From the NCBI GenBank assembly GCA_019057475.1, contig DXJO01000028.1, forward strand, positions 34,271 through 98,270: DNA of 64,000 nucleotides. The letters are read 5' to 3'. The position numbers and the translations under genes were made by a program. Shown in pieces: positions 49,215 to 59,793 of the stretch (position 1 is its first letter; each line of letters opens with the position of its first letter). Origin of the DNA: Candidatus Thorarchaeota archaeon (GTDB lineage Archaea; Asgardarchaeota; Thorarchaeia; Thorarchaeales; Thorarchaeaceae). Under the pieces are notes generated by a model. The model worked only from the letters and a program-made list of their open reading frames with translations. It ran no database searches and was not told where the DNA came from.

Positions 49215-50639
49215 TTGAGAATCATGTTTGTGGAGCCACCAAAGAAATTCTGGTTTGTCATGGGAGAATACCTTCCTCCTCCACTTGGCATACTCAATCT
49301 GGCTGCTTATCTGAAAACACACAACCAAGACGTAGAAATTGAGGTTGTTGATTGTCAAGCAGAAAGAATCGGGTGGCGGGGTTTGGAGAAGCGTATTGAG
49401 TCTTTCAAGCCTGATGTTGTTGCTCCAAGTGCTCTTGCCACATGCAACTTCTACGCAGGATTGAGGACTGTTGAATTGGCAAAGAAGATGAATCCTGACA
49501 CAACGACAATCATGGGAGGGCAACATTGCACAGCATTGCCTAGGGAATCACTTGGAGCGTATCCTGAAATCGACATTATAGTCATGGGTGAGGGGGAACA
49601 AACCCTCGCTGACGTTATTGATGCACTTCAAGGGAAGAAACGACTTCCTGATGTCAAGGGAATAAGCTTCAGGAGTGGAGATGAAATTAATACGACACCT
49701 GAACGTCCCTTGTTTTCGAACCTTGATGATCTCCCATTTCCTGGGTATGATTTTGTCAAGAAACACATGAAAGGTTATCATTTTGCTATGATGGCTGGTT
49801 CAGATACGCCCTTTGCACTTATCGAGGCATCAAGAGGTTGTCCGCACGATTGCAGTTTTTGCTCCCAATGTAGCTTCTGGAGAAGAAAGTGGAGATCCAA
49901 GTCGCCGAGTCGAATTGCTGAAGAGTTTGCCTATTGCTATGAGCGATATGGCACGAGATTCTTCTGGCTCACTGATGATAACTTTGGCTTGGGTCCTCAA
50001 ACAAGAGAGTTGTGTGATGAAATCGCAAGTAGAGGTTTTGCAGATGATATAATGTGGTTCATGCAAGCAAGGTGCGACGACATAGTAAAGCACCAGGACC
50101 TTTTGCCAATATTACGCAAAGCAGGCATGATGTGGATTCTAGCAGGAGTAGAGAGTCATTCGCCTGAAGTCCTAAAGTCTTTCAACAAGAGGATTGATCC
50201 CTCGTCATCGAAGGAGGCGATTCGCCTTCTCAAACAGAATGACATATTCGCTCAAGCTACTTTGATCATCGGTGAGCGCAGCGATTCACATGAAACCCTT
50301 CAGGGACTCAGAGCTTTTGTTAATGACATTAATCCTGACATCGTGATATACATGACTTTAACACCCTTTCCAGGGACCAAGCTTTACGATGAGGCCCAGC
50401 AAAACGGATGGATTGAAGATACAAATTGGGCTCACTATGACATGGCACATGCAATTATGCCTACAGAGCATTTGACACGTCATGAAGTACAAGAGGAGCT
50501 CTATCGCTGCTATCGAGGGTTCTACGGATCCATGAAGCGACGAATGACAGGAGTCTTCTCAAGCAATGTTATCAAAAGGCGAACATACAGGTATATGGCT
50601 CGTCAAGGAGTCCTTCAGGCTTTAAGGGGAATGTTCTAG
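49215..50639 (+). CDS. Cobalamin-binding radical SAM enzyme (BchE-like clade)
   Basis: PPLG..LAAYL, GGQH, GEGE, SRGCPHDCSFC, DDNF, GVES, TPFPGT. Confidence 0.9.
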   Translation: MRIMFVEPPKKFWFVMGEYLPPPLGILNLAAYLKTHNQDVEIEVVDCQAERIGWRGLEKRIESFKPDVVAPSALATCNFYAGLRTVELAKKMNPDTTTIMGGQHCTALPRESLGAYPEIDIIVMGEGEQTLADVIDALQGKKRLPDVKGISFRSGDEINTTPERPLFSNLDDLPFPGYDFVKKHMKGYHFAMMAGSDTPFALIEASRGCPHDCSFCSQCSFWRRKWRSKSPSRIAEEFAYCYERYGTRFFWLTDDNFGLGPQTRELCDEIASRGFADDIMWFMQARCDDIVKHQDLLPILRKAGMMWILAGVESHSPEVLKSFNKRIDPSSSKEAIRLLKQNDIFAQATLIIGERSDSHETLQGLRAFVNDINPDIVIYMTLTPFPGTKLYDEAQQNGWIEDTNWAHYDMAHAIMPTEHLTRHEVQEELYRCYRGFYGSMKRRMTGVFSSNVIKRRTYRYMARQGVLQALRGMF

Positions 50640-50641
50640 TA

Positions 50642-51394
50642 GTGTCAAGAATCGTGTCTTCGAGAACGCTCTCAGCTTGGTTTCTTTCTGTTTCTCTTCT
50701 AGCATTAGGCATGATGGCATTGATTGTCCTTAATCCTGCGAGCAGTTCTCCTTTTCCGACACGTCAATCAGAGTTGTTGGGTAGCATGTTCATCTCGATT
50801 TGCGTTCTTGGTGCAATCGCAGGAGTACGACCTTCGAGTTATTCCACCCGATCCATCTGGGGGCCAGGATTGAAGAAAACAACTGAATTACCAATGAATG
50901 GAATCCCACAGAAAGGGCCGAAATTGGAGGGGCATCACCGCTCGTGTGACCCATTCGCAGCGCATGTCATTCACCTGCAAGGAAAAACACTATGTGCTGG
51001 GTGCACCGGATTGACTGCTGGCGCAGGGATAGCAATCGCAGGCAGCATCTTGTACTTCTACATCAAGATTCCCTTGGCCAATGCAACCGCAGTGTTCTGG
51101 CTTGGCTTCATTGGCGTGGCAATTGGCCTAGTCCAACATCTTCTCTATAGAGCTCTGCGTGTGAAGATAGGACTTGTAAGATTCGCCATGAACGTTATTT
51201 TCGTTGTCGCATCTTTCCTTCTCTTTATTGCAGTTGATCAACTCACTGGCAATGCTGCTTTGGGAATCTATCTTCTCGTTATCATTATCTTCTGGATACT
51301 GACTAGGATTTCGATGTCTAAGAGCGAACACGAGCGAATTTGCAGGACCTGTGAAGAGATGTGCGATGCTTTACAATCTAAACAATGGACATAG
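50642..51394 (+). CDS. Membrane protein with HH..C...CAGC motif (DUF2085-like)
   Basis: GHHRSC, LCAGCTG, C-terminal CRTCEEMC. Confidence 0.65.
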   Translation: MSRIVSSRTLSAWFLSVSLLALGMMALIVLNPASSSPFPTRQSELLGSMFISICVLGAIAGVRPSSYSTRSIWGPGLKKTTELPMNGIPQKGPKLEGHHRSCDPFAAHVIHLQGKTLCAGCTGLTAGAGIAIAGSILYFYIKIPLANATAVFWLGFIGVAIGLVQHLLYRALRVKIGLVRFAMNVIFVVASFLLFIAVDQLTGNAALGIYLLVIIIFWILTRISMSKSEHERICRTCEEMCDALQSKQWT

Positions 51395-51437
51395 CACTAA
51401 GTTCGAATACTCCGTCTGGACATTCATTCTTAATTGC

Positions 51438-51761
51438 TCAGCGACCTTGCTTAATACTATAAAGCGCACCTAGTATTATCAAGATTCCAATGAAAATCAC
51501 GACGAACGGACCAATCGCTGTTTCCCAAATCGTTGATAGATCCCAGCCTAGATACCAACTTAATCCGGATATTACTATAAGCGTGCCAATGAAAAGACCC
51601 CCGATTGCTCCGCCATGCGGAAGACCAAAACACTCATCCTTTTCTTCTGACATTCCTCTTGTCTCTCCTTTTAATACATCAGGGTAAAGGGTAGCTCCGC
51701 ATTCTGCACAGAACTCGGCGTTGTCCTCGTTTGTTGCCCCGCACTTGTTGCAGTACACCAA
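51438..51761 (-). CDS. Zinc-ribbon membrane protein
   Basis: YCNKCG...FCAECG plus two TMs; start set at TTG 51761. Confidence 0.75.
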   Translation of the reverse strand: MVYCNKCGATNEDNAEFCAECGATLYPDVLKGETRGMSEEKDECFGLPHGGAIGGLFIGTLIVISGLSWYLGWDLSTIWETAIGPFVVIFIGILIILGALYSIKQGR

Positions 51762-51913
51762 AACAAATACCCGGAAATCAAAGGTGTGAGCTTGTATTAA
51801 AGGATGACGCATTAGCAGACTGATACTTAGTAAGCCTGCTTTGCCAACCTGCGCCACCCATCTAACATTCCTAGTAAAAAACTGCGGATATCCTCCGCGT
51901 ATAGATTTCTATG

Positions 51914-54430
51914 CTAATAGTTGGTATACGCTAGTAGTTTCCTTGGTAATTCTTCAATCGATTCGATATCCACAACTACTCCTCGACTCGCACTTGCAAG
52001 TGCTCTGGTTGCATCCCTATCATAGTGTGATTCTGGTACAATGAGAATTACTTTGATTCCTCTCTGTTTCATCTGTTCCGCCAAGGCCTCGCACTCACTT
52101 TGATCATTCAGGTAGGCATCGCTATTGAGGAAGAAGAACTTCTCTCTTGCTCGCGACTCATCAAGATTCTTGAGGGCGATACGCATAGACTGTGCCCCTC
52201 CAGTACCGCCTCCTGCTTCCACATCCATCAGTTTCTCAGCGACGTCTTCTACAGAGATATGCTTCTCCGAAATCCCTTTGACCACATGGGTTTCATGATC
52301 GAACAACACCACACCAAAGTCATCTTTCTTGATGCCAAAGAGACCCGCCATTACTGATAGGGCTAGCATCCCAAGCTTCTCGGGTGCGTCCATGGATTTG
52401 GATTTATCGAGAGCCCAAAAGAATGCTCTATGCCCTTGATATGGTTGGGTCACCAGGAAATCATCATTGTTGAGAATATTGAACTTGGTGTGTCCTTGGG
52501 ATAGCAGATAATCCATTGTTTCCTCAAGGTGAATCATATCAAAGTCATCACCCACTCTGAATGGTCGCACAGTAGTCGATTCCTGAAGTCCCCCGAGCAT
52601 AGACGAACCCATAGTCTGTTTTGCATATTGCGAGCCCATCTCAATCAGGAGTCGCTTTGCAATCGCTCTAAGTTTTTGATTGATTTCCTTTGGGAGTTTA
52701 TGACGATGATGGTACCATGCTTTGATTACATCTGTAGCCGGTCCAATAATGAGACCCTCAAGCGCTTGCTCTGCTCTCTCCTCCGAAACCTTTCCTCTGT
52801 ATTGGAATGTTCGGTCTTTCATCATCTTTCCTTGCCATCGTCCCAGTGCCGCCTGTAGATTGATTGATGCGATTGCAGACAGGGCATCTTTGTTCTCCAC
52901 TTCTGCTGCCAGATTAGCAAGCTCCGTGAGCTGATCTGGCTCCAAATCAAGGGACGTAAGAAGATGATGAAGCCGCTCGTAGCCTGAGTTTCCTGTCTTG
53001 ATAAGATTCTCAACAATCTCATACGAAGGTGATGCGATTTCCTGTATCTCCTCCTCTGTCATACCAAGGGATTCAGCAGTCTTTCTAACAACATCAGAGG
53101 AAAGCGTTATGTCATGCTTGGCGGAGGTTCGAACAGTTTTTCGAAGTCTGCTCTGGGTCTTGACTAATTCAGCGGCAGCATCTGCAAGTTTTTGCATAGC
53201 TGGACTCCAGTCTTCTCGCATTTCTTGTTCAGTGAGATTATCCTTTAGATCTGCCATCTCTTGAAGATGATTCTCTAAGTAATCTGCAGCTGCTGTTCGT
53301 GCATCAGCTCCATGAAGGATTTTCTCGGTTTCTTTCTCCAGCAGATTCTTCCAATGGACTCCGTTTCGATACGCCTCGGATAGCTGTGTCATATCAACAT
53401 TTTCCGAGGCTCCTTTCTCGTAATGACTATCGTATGCTTCCATAATTGGCTCTGCAAAATCCTGACCGGTATCTTCCAGTATGCGTTTGGAGAACTCTAG
53501 GGCATCAATTAGAGGAAACCTCTGTGCAGCATCTTGTATGTGTTTTGTGACATCTTCGGGGAGCCGCTTGAGTTCATTTGCATAGTCTGCTACTTCACTG
53601 AGATTCTTCAGACCTTGTTGTAGGGTCTTGTCCATCTTCTCGTTTTCTTCGGAAGTGGGTATACCGAGTTCTTCTAGGTGACGCAAAGCTCTTGCTGCCG
53701 TTGCTGAATCCTGTTTTGCTAGATTCTCAAATCGACCCACAAGGTCGTTCTCTCCACGAAATGCACGTGCTACCAGTTGCTCTGCTGCATTTGGAGCAGC
53801 TGCCAATCTATCAATGACACCCAGAGTTTCTGCACGTGATATATCTTCAGACGTCAAACTGCCTAGCTTACTAAGGAGTTGTCGGCCAGCTGCTTCTCTC
53901 AATTCATCATCATTCTTCAAACCCTTCAGAATGATATCGCCCTCAGTCAGATACTGAAGTGCAGTTTCGATTTCTGGCGCATCTTTTCTTGTGAGTAGAT
54001 TATCAAGATATTCTGAACCTGCTTCAATTTCTTCATCCTGCAGCTTTCTTGATGAATCTCTTTCACGTTTTATCTTAGCAATCATCGCTTCAAGTGGGTC
54101 GGCATCTACAGGTCTTGGTGGAGTGTACTGAACAGGAGTTTCAGGTTTCTTCTTTCTACTTGAAGCTCCAAGAATGATGTCCTCAGCGACTTCTCTTCCA
54201 ATACCTTGGTCCTCCGGGTTTGTTGTAAAAACTGCAACCTCAACCAGATCTAAGTGAGATATTTTGCCATTCCTGAAATATCTAGCAGAAAGAAGCTTTG
54301 GGATAGCATGTGTCTGACGAATACTGGGCGGTGACATGAGGTCTGCTCTATTACGCATTCTCTTTACGAATTCGTACGTGAACTCGAGCACTCCTGTGAG
54401 GGCTGGCCCTGTATCCGCTGAATCTGACAT
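51914..54430 (-). CDS. vWA (MIDAS) domain protein, CoxE/ViaA-like partner
   Basis: LDKSKSM, GGT, SD; RPFRVGDD; long helical middle region. Confidence 0.85.
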   Translation of the reverse strand: MSDSADTGPALTGVLEFTYEFVKRMRNRADLMSPPSIRQTHAIPKLLSARYFRNGKISHLDLVEVAVFTTNPEDQGIGREVAEDIILGASSRKKKPETPVQYTPPRPVDADPLEAMIAKIKRERDSSRKLQDEEIEAGSEYLDNLLTRKDAPEIETALQYLTEGDIILKGLKNDDELREAAGRQLLSKLGSLTSEDISRAETLGVIDRLAAAPNAAEQLVARAFRGENDLVGRFENLAKQDSATAARALRHLEELGIPTSEENEKMDKTLQQGLKNLSEVADYANELKRLPEDVTKHIQDAAQRFPLIDALEFSKRILEDTGQDFAEPIMEAYDSHYEKGASENVDMTQLSEAYRNGVHWKNLLEKETEKILHGADARTAAADYLENHLQEMADLKDNLTEQEMREDWSPAMQKLADAAAELVKTQSRLRKTVRTSAKHDITLSSDVVRKTAESLGMTEEEIQEIASPSYEIVENLIKTGNSGYERLHHLLTSLDLEPDQLTELANLAAEVENKDALSAIASINLQAALGRWQGKMMKDRTFQYRGKVSEERAEQALEGLIIGPATDVIKAWYHHRHKLPKEINQKLRAIAKRLLIEMGSQYAKQTMGSSMLGGLQESTTVRPFRVGDDFDMIHLEETMDYLLSQGHTKFNILNNDDFLVTQPYQGHRAFFWALDKSKSMDAPEKLGMLALSVMAGLFGIKKDDFGVVLFDHETHVVKGISEKHISVEDVAEKLMDVEAGGGTGGAQSMRIALKNLDESRAREKFFFLNSDAYLNDQSECEALAEQMKQRGIKVILIVPESHYDRDATRALASASRGVVVDIESIEELPRKLLAYTNY

Positions 54431-55344
54431 TATCTCCTACCTGCTCCAAGGGCTCTTCGAATGAGGGTTGCTACAGCTTTTTCAGGATCAACACCTGGTC
54501 GAAACTTCAGAGCTCCAGATAGAACTAGGCTCGCTGCTTTTGAGAGCACTCCGTGTGAAACCTCTCCCTCTTCCTCTCGCTCCGCAAGTCTTTGACTAAG
54601 ACGTGCAATCGCTATTCCTGCACGTATGGAGGCTGGAACTTCAATGTCCGTACTCTCTCTTGTTAGCGAAACCAGACTGTACACGGACTCAATTGCATGG
54701 TCTGATAGCTTGTACTCAGGACAGTTGACCTTTACAATCTCAATTTCGATTTCCTTCTTAGGATAGCCTATTCGAATCCAAACACGGATCCGGTCTCGCA
54801 GAGCCTCACTGAGCCTGTGAGCTCCCGCCATCTCCTCGGGATTCATTGTTAACACAGGGAAGAACCCATCGTGCGCCTCGATTCTACCAAGTCGTTGGAC
54901 ATTGACACTTCTTTCTTCAAATGGTTCAAGCAGCGTATTCTGTACATACTCGGGCAATCTGTTGGCCTCGTTCAATCCGAACACACCACCATGCACCATT
55001 GACTTCAGCAATGGACCTGGCTCAAACGAATCAAGCGTGAATCCCTTGCTTAGTACGATTGCAGGATTGAACGAACCTACAAGATGTGACGGACGAATGC
55101 CCTCATCCCCAGTGACCCACGCGAACTCTCGCTCACTCTTCTCTGCATACGCTCGAAGAAGCAATGTCTTGCCTACACCTGGTGGGCCAATAATTCCTGG
55201 AATCAGGTCTGTCACCTCGCAGTCGGAGAGAATATCCATTGCGTCCTTGTACTGATCCTTTACAACAATCTTCACTTTTCGTTTAGATGCAGCTTTTAGT
55301 CGTTCGCCAAAATCCTTTGCAAATTTCTCTTGCTCTTTTCCCAT
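54430..55344 (-). CDS. MoxR-family AAA+ ATPase
   Basis: GPPGVGKT, GPL..M..G, NEANR, N.LL, TMNP, LSEALRDR, YP; start at ATG 55344. Confidence 0.9.
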   Translation of the reverse strand: MGKEQEKFAKDFGERLKAASKRKVKIVVKDQYKDAMDILSDCEVTDLIPGIIGPPGVGKTLLLRAYAEKSEREFAWVTGDEGIRPSHLVGSFNPAIVLSKGFTLDSFEPGPLLKSMVHGGVFGLNEANRLPEYVQNTLLEPFEERSVNVQRLGRIEAHDGFFPVLTMNPEEMAGAHRLSEALRDRIRVWIRIGYPKKEIEIEIVKVNCPEYKLSDHAIESVYSLVSLTRESTDIEVPASIRAGIAIARLSQRLAEREEEGEVSHGVLSKAASLVLSGALKFRPGVDPEKAVATLIRRALGAGRR

Positions 55345-55351
55345 TAGTTCA

Positions 55352-57112
55352 TCATCTCCATCTCTCAGTTCCCACAAATGATCTGAAGACATACTCCTTC
55401 AAACTATCAGACGTACTACTCCAAATTACTGGTGGGTCCATTTTTTCGGAATTCTTTTCCAGTCTTAGTGTGACATCAATTCGCTCCATTGCAGCTTGAA
55501 TTCTCCTGAGCATTCGAAGGTTCATCCTTGTTTCCTTGACATTCATTGTGGAAAGAATGGAGAACCCATGGTTTGTGCACCAGAGATATCTGAGGTCTGC
55601 CATCCCTTGCACAACAGGAATGAAGGTCTCGCTAATTTCTCTCTCCCGAAGCTCGTGAATCTTTGGTATCAATCTTGATGCTCTAGATTGGGAGAGTTCC
55701 TCGATGTCCAGAAAGAGAGTAGATCCTTCCTGCTCAAACTGTTTCTCAAGTAGATCTACAACACCCTCAATAACGGAATCTTGTGCTTGTTTGTAATCAG
55801 ACGCATCCCTTGCCATTATTAGTATCCGCTTCGGATTACTATCAAGCCCTCCCAGTTCACGTATGCCAAAACCTTCGAGAATCCCTCTCTGTGCTGCATA
55901 CCAATCTCTCTCTTCAATCCAATCCAGAGCACTTCGGATTTCATTGAAAGTCTGTGGCCAACTGGTTTCTGAAGACCTTCCTTCATAGTCTTGCCAAATT
56001 AATCTCGAAGCTAGAAGCTCTGATAACCAGGGAGGCCTTTCTTGGAATTTGAACATTGGATCAGCTAGCAAATCTACTGAACTATCAATCTCCAGTTTTG
56101 TGAGATTCTTACATGCGAATAACGCGGAGATATCAAGCTGTTCTATAGATGTCCCCTCTAGGTTCAAGTCATCTAATTCTGAGCAACCAGATAGAGGGCG
56201 CAACTCAATTGCACTCAGAGGATTATCGGTTAGCCTGAGTCTTTGTAGTCCCACACAAGTTTTGAGTGGTGTAATATCCACATCTCTAATCTTATTTCCA
56301 GAGAGATCAATACTCTGAAGTTCAAGTTTTCCTGCTAGCGGTGTCAAATCAACCTGTTTTAGTCTGTTATCTCCCAGCCAAAGGGATACAAGCGATGAAA
56401 TCTCTGAGAGTGGACCCAGGTCTATGTCTTTCAATCGACAACCACTCAATCCAACTCTCTGCAGATTAGCACACGCCGCAATTGGTTTCAAATCTAGTGT
56501 CTTTATTGGATTATGAGAGATGTCCAAGATTTTCAAGTTGATACATCCACTCAAATGGGCTAGATTGATTACAGATAGCTTGTTAGATTGGAGTTTCAAA
56601 TGTTGTAATTTGCCCAACTGAGAAATGGGCGAAAGATCGATGGCTGCAAGTTGGTTGTCATTTAGTCCTAGTGCTACTAGTCCTCTAGAATCCTGCAATG
56701 GCTTGAGGTCGATATTTCGTAACATATTGAAATCCAATTCTAAGATAATGAGCTCAATGGAACTAATCATTGGAGCTAAGTCGATGGTGGTCAGTTTGTT
56801 ATGACTCAGGTTTAGATGTCTTAGTTCTTTGAGATTCTTCAGAACATCAAGGTCTAGACTCTCAAGAAGATTATGATTCAACTGAAGCACAGTTAGTTTT
56901 TCACAGTGTCTAAGGGGACTGAGATTGATACGTTCAAGCTTGTTGTGGCTCAATATTATTTGCTGCAGCTGTACGCACAGTTCAAGTGGGGAGAGATCTA
57001 TTGCCAGAACTTCACGTGATGTAAGGTCTACATTCACAGTTCCAGTATTGATTCCTATTGCAGCTTGTTCTCCTTTTACCGCTGAAAATTCCAACTTGAA
57101 TTGGCTCACCAC
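55352..57112 (-). CDS. Leucine-rich repeat protein
   Basis: About 13 repeats of LxxLxLxxNxLxxIDLxPL (22 aa) plus a helical C-terminal domain. Confidence 0.92.
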   Translation of the reverse strand: MVSQFKLEFSAVKGEQAAIGINTGTVNVDLTSREVLAIDLSPLELCVQLQQIILSHNKLERINLSPLRHCEKLTVLQLNHNLLESLDLDVLKNLKELRHLNLSHNKLTTIDLAPMISSIELIILELDFNMLRNIDLKPLQDSRGLVALGLNDNQLAAIDLSPISQLGKLQHLKLQSNKLSVINLAHLSGCINLKILDISHNPIKTLDLKPIAACANLQRVGLSGCRLKDIDLGPLSEISSLVSLWLGDNRLKQVDLTPLAGKLELQSIDLSGNKIRDVDITPLKTCVGLQRLRLTDNPLSAIELRPLSGCSELDDLNLEGTSIEQLDISALFACKNLTKLEIDSSVDLLADPMFKFQERPPWLSELLASRLIWQDYEGRSSETSWPQTFNEIRSALDWIEERDWYAAQRGILEGFGIRELGGLDSNPKRILIMARDASDYKQAQDSVIEGVVDLLEKQFEQEGSTLFLDIEELSQSRASRLIPKIHELREREISETFIPVVQGMADLRYLWCTNHGFSILSTMNVKETRMNLRMLRRIQAAMERIDVTLRLEKNSEKMDPPVIWSSTSDSLKEYVFRSFVGTERWR

Positions 57113-57216
57113 AATACCTCAAGTATCAGCAGGATATGTGCGAGGTTCCTATTCTGTTTATGCCCAGAAGAATGTGGTGTTTTTTCTGTTGTGATACATT
57201 ACACACTGGTCATAGG

Positions 57217-58371
57217 TCATTTTCCATCGAATTCTCTCAGACATGCGTCAACGAAATGTACAGTGCGATCTAATGTTGCAGGATTTATCCGATTCATGTT
57301 ATCCTTTGATGTATGAGCAGCCTCCCGAATCTCGTCGCTGAATCTCCAGACAGTGGCTACATCATATCCATGCTTCGCGAATTGATAGCCATCCGTTCTT
57401 ATAGCTCGGCTGATCGGAAAAGCCTCTTCTCCTGTTGCGTCGGCCGCCCTTTGGAAAAGGTCAATGACTTTTTCAGACGTTTCTGCTGTTCTCAATGACA
57501 TCTCTTTCGTTGAGTACGCAAGTGGGGCATCCACACCACACCCTTCGATATTGATGATTATTGATTCGGCGAGGATTTCATGATGAGTTCTAACGAATTC
57601 AATCGCTCCCTTCATTGCAATCTCTTCCCCATCCGTGAAGAGAAACCAAACCTCGATTTCTGAGAGAGGCTCCTCTTTCAGCTTCTTCGCCACCTCAAGT
57701 GCGACGCCTACAGAAGAGGCATTATCATCAGCTCCAGGACTCTGAGCAACGAATCTTGTGATGAAGTTGAGAATAGCATAGATGAAAACGAATGGCACAA
57801 CCAGCAACATTCCACTGCTAATCAAGTAAGTGAAGTCAATTACTTGAGGAAGGATTGTAACACTGAGCACTCGCATCAATGAAATGACGAAAAGGTAGAA
57901 CATGGATAAGAGGACTAGAAGAAGAATGGGACCTCTTACTCTGATTGGTATCGCTTGTGTCTTTGAATCATGGTGAGCACAAAGAATGACACGTTTAGTT
58001 GATTTTCCAGAAGGCTTCTCCTTCCCAATGATATTTCGGCCTGTTCTAGAAGGAAGTAATCTCATTGTGATTTCCTTACCGCTATCTACCTCTAATACTG
58101 TCAGGACTGGAAGAGCTACAGATAGAATCAGTGCGAAGGGTGGGTAAAATACCAACATAAGCAGAATTGCTATAGTGAAAGTAACTGCTAGTAATGCAGT
58201 TCCATTCCAGAAATCAGGCCGTAGCGTAAACTCTTGTGTGCTTACTTCATCAACTCCGATGTTCTCAAGCTCATTCCGTAGAAATTCTGCCGTCTGTTTA
58301 TTATTTTCCGAACCAGCTGGTCTGGGTCCAATGTCTACTGATAAAATCTTGACATACTCGTAGGCAGTCAT
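57217..58371 (-). CDS. Membrane-bound M28 family peptidase
   Basis: GPRPAGS, AHHDS, PGADDNAS, DGEE, TD, HT..D. Confidence 0.88.
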   Translation of the reverse strand: MTAYEYVKILSVDIGPRPAGSENNKQTAEFLRNELENIGVDEVSTQEFTLRPDFWNGTALLAVTFTIAILLMLVFYPPFALILSVALPVLTVLEVDSGKEITMRLLPSRTGRNIIGKEKPSGKSTKRVILCAHHDSKTQAIPIRVRGPILLLVLLSMFYLFVISLMRVLSVTILPQVIDFTYLISSGMLLVVPFVFIYAILNFITRFVAQSPGADDNASSVGVALEVAKKLKEEPLSEIEVWFLFTDGEEIAMKGAIEFVRTHHEILAESIIINIEGCGVDAPLAYSTKEMSLRTAETSEKVIDLFQRAADATGEEAFPISRAIRTDGYQFAKHGYDVATVWRFSDEIREAAHTSKDNMNRINPATLDRTVHFVDACLREFDGK

Positions 58372-58563
58372 CTGTCATCTCCGAACTCCTGGTTCAAGAA
58401 TATCCTAGGACTTTTATGTCGGGACATAAACCTGCCTCCTTTACTTCAAACACAGGTGTAGATGTCATCAGAACCTTCCTCTCATCTAACTCCGGTGCGT
58501 AACTGAAGCCTCTGATATATATAATGGCGGTGGGCTATCCTGCGACCCTTCTGACTATCTATT

Positions 58564-59136
58564 TCAAGGGGCATGAAATTCGCTCTTCAACAGTCCATAA
58601 TGCAAAGTACCAGAATAGGTTCCATCAGGGTTTTTCTTATTCTCTCGAATATGGCCCTCCCTTACAAAACCACATCTTTCTGCAACGCCTCTACTTCTAA
58701 CATTAGTATCATCAGTTTCAATCCGAATCCTGCAGACCTTAAGCCTTTCAAAAAGCAACTCGACTACTGCATTCACAGCCTCTGTCACGTATCCATTGCC
58801 CTCATGTTCCACATCTGCGAAGTAACCGATTCCAAACTCAGGCAAGTCCCAATTAGCAGGACCAATGTAGAGCTGAGCTACAAACTGATCAGATCCTTTT
58901 AGAAAAACCCCCATGAAGAAATGAGTGCAGGTTTTCCAAGCGTTGACGAGGTCGAATACCATCTTCTTGGCATCGTCTTTGCTACGAATTTCCATTACTG
59001 GATTATCCGGTTCATATTTCTCTAGATGAACATGATTTCTCTTACTCATTTCAAAATACCATGTTTCATCGCCTTCACGATAAGAACGAAGGATAAGACG
59101 ATCAGTTTCTATTTCCGATGGCACTGCAGATTTCAT
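58564..59136 (-). CDS. RimJ/RimL-family GNAT acetyltransferase
   Basis: ETDRLILR, IGYF...EGNGYVTEA, N.RS..VAERCGF..EG. Confidence 0.88.
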   Translation of the reverse strand: MKSAVPSEIETDRLILRSYREGDETWYFEMSKRNHVHLEKYEPDNPVMEIRSKDDAKKMVFDLVNAWKTCTHFFMGVFLKGSDQFVAQLYIGPANWDLPEFGIGYFADVEHEGNGYVTEAVNAVVELLFERLKVCRIRIETDDTNVRSRGVAERCGFVREGHIRENKKNPDGTYSGTLHYGLLKSEFHAP

Positions 59137-59313
59137 ATTACTATCTCAATGAAGCTCAAGGAAACAGACATTTTTCGATTCTGGTTTAAGCAAAAGATAC
59201 TACCATGTTTCATTTTTCCGTGATTAGAGCGTCGATTTGAAGCATCAGCTATTTAACATTCTGGCAGTATCCATCAGAAACGGCTGCTTTGATTGTTGGA
59301 CGGTTGATTACTG

Positions 59314-59793
59314 TTGAAGGTTACAAATACCCACTTTCGAACATTACCAAAATCGATGTCTGTAGTTTCAAGGCTGCTTGAAACCCTAGCAACTGATAAC
59401 GATGCTTTTTGGCCAAGTGAGAAATGGCATCCCATGCGATTCAAGGATGGGGTACGCGTTGGGTCTCGTGGAGGACATGGACCAATTAGGTATAGCGTTA
59501 AAGAAATCGTTCCTGGAAAAGGGATTGAGTTTCAGTTCGAGAAACCAAGTGGATTTCATGGGGTTCACGGTTTCATCTTGGAGGAGCAGACTGAATCTCT
59601 TACGCTTTTGAGTCACTATATACGGATGAAGACTACTGGGAAGTCTATCTTGTCTTGGTGGTTTATCTATCGACCTCTTCATAATGCTCTGATTGAGGAC
59701 TGCCTTACAAAAGCTGAGCGAAGTCTTGAATTGACCCCAAAGCGGAAGAAGTGGAATCTCTGGGTTCGCTTTCTACGGAACGTCTTATCATAA
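59314..59793 (+). CDS. SRPBCC-like hypothetical protein
   Basis: WP...W.PM, GGHGPIRY.V, F.G.H.F, RPLHNALIED. Confidence 0.7.
   Translation: MKVTNTHFRTLPKSMSVVSRLLETLATDNDAFWPSEKWHPMRFKDGVRVGSRGGHGPIRYSVKEIVPGKGIEFQFEKPSGFHGVHGFILEEQTESLTLLSHYIRMKTTGKSILSWWFIYRPLHNALIEDCLTKAERSLELTPKRKKWNLWVRFLRNVLS

Noticed and set aside
55352-57112. Periodic DNA similarity as a repeat array
   Set aside because: Explained by LRR coding repeats
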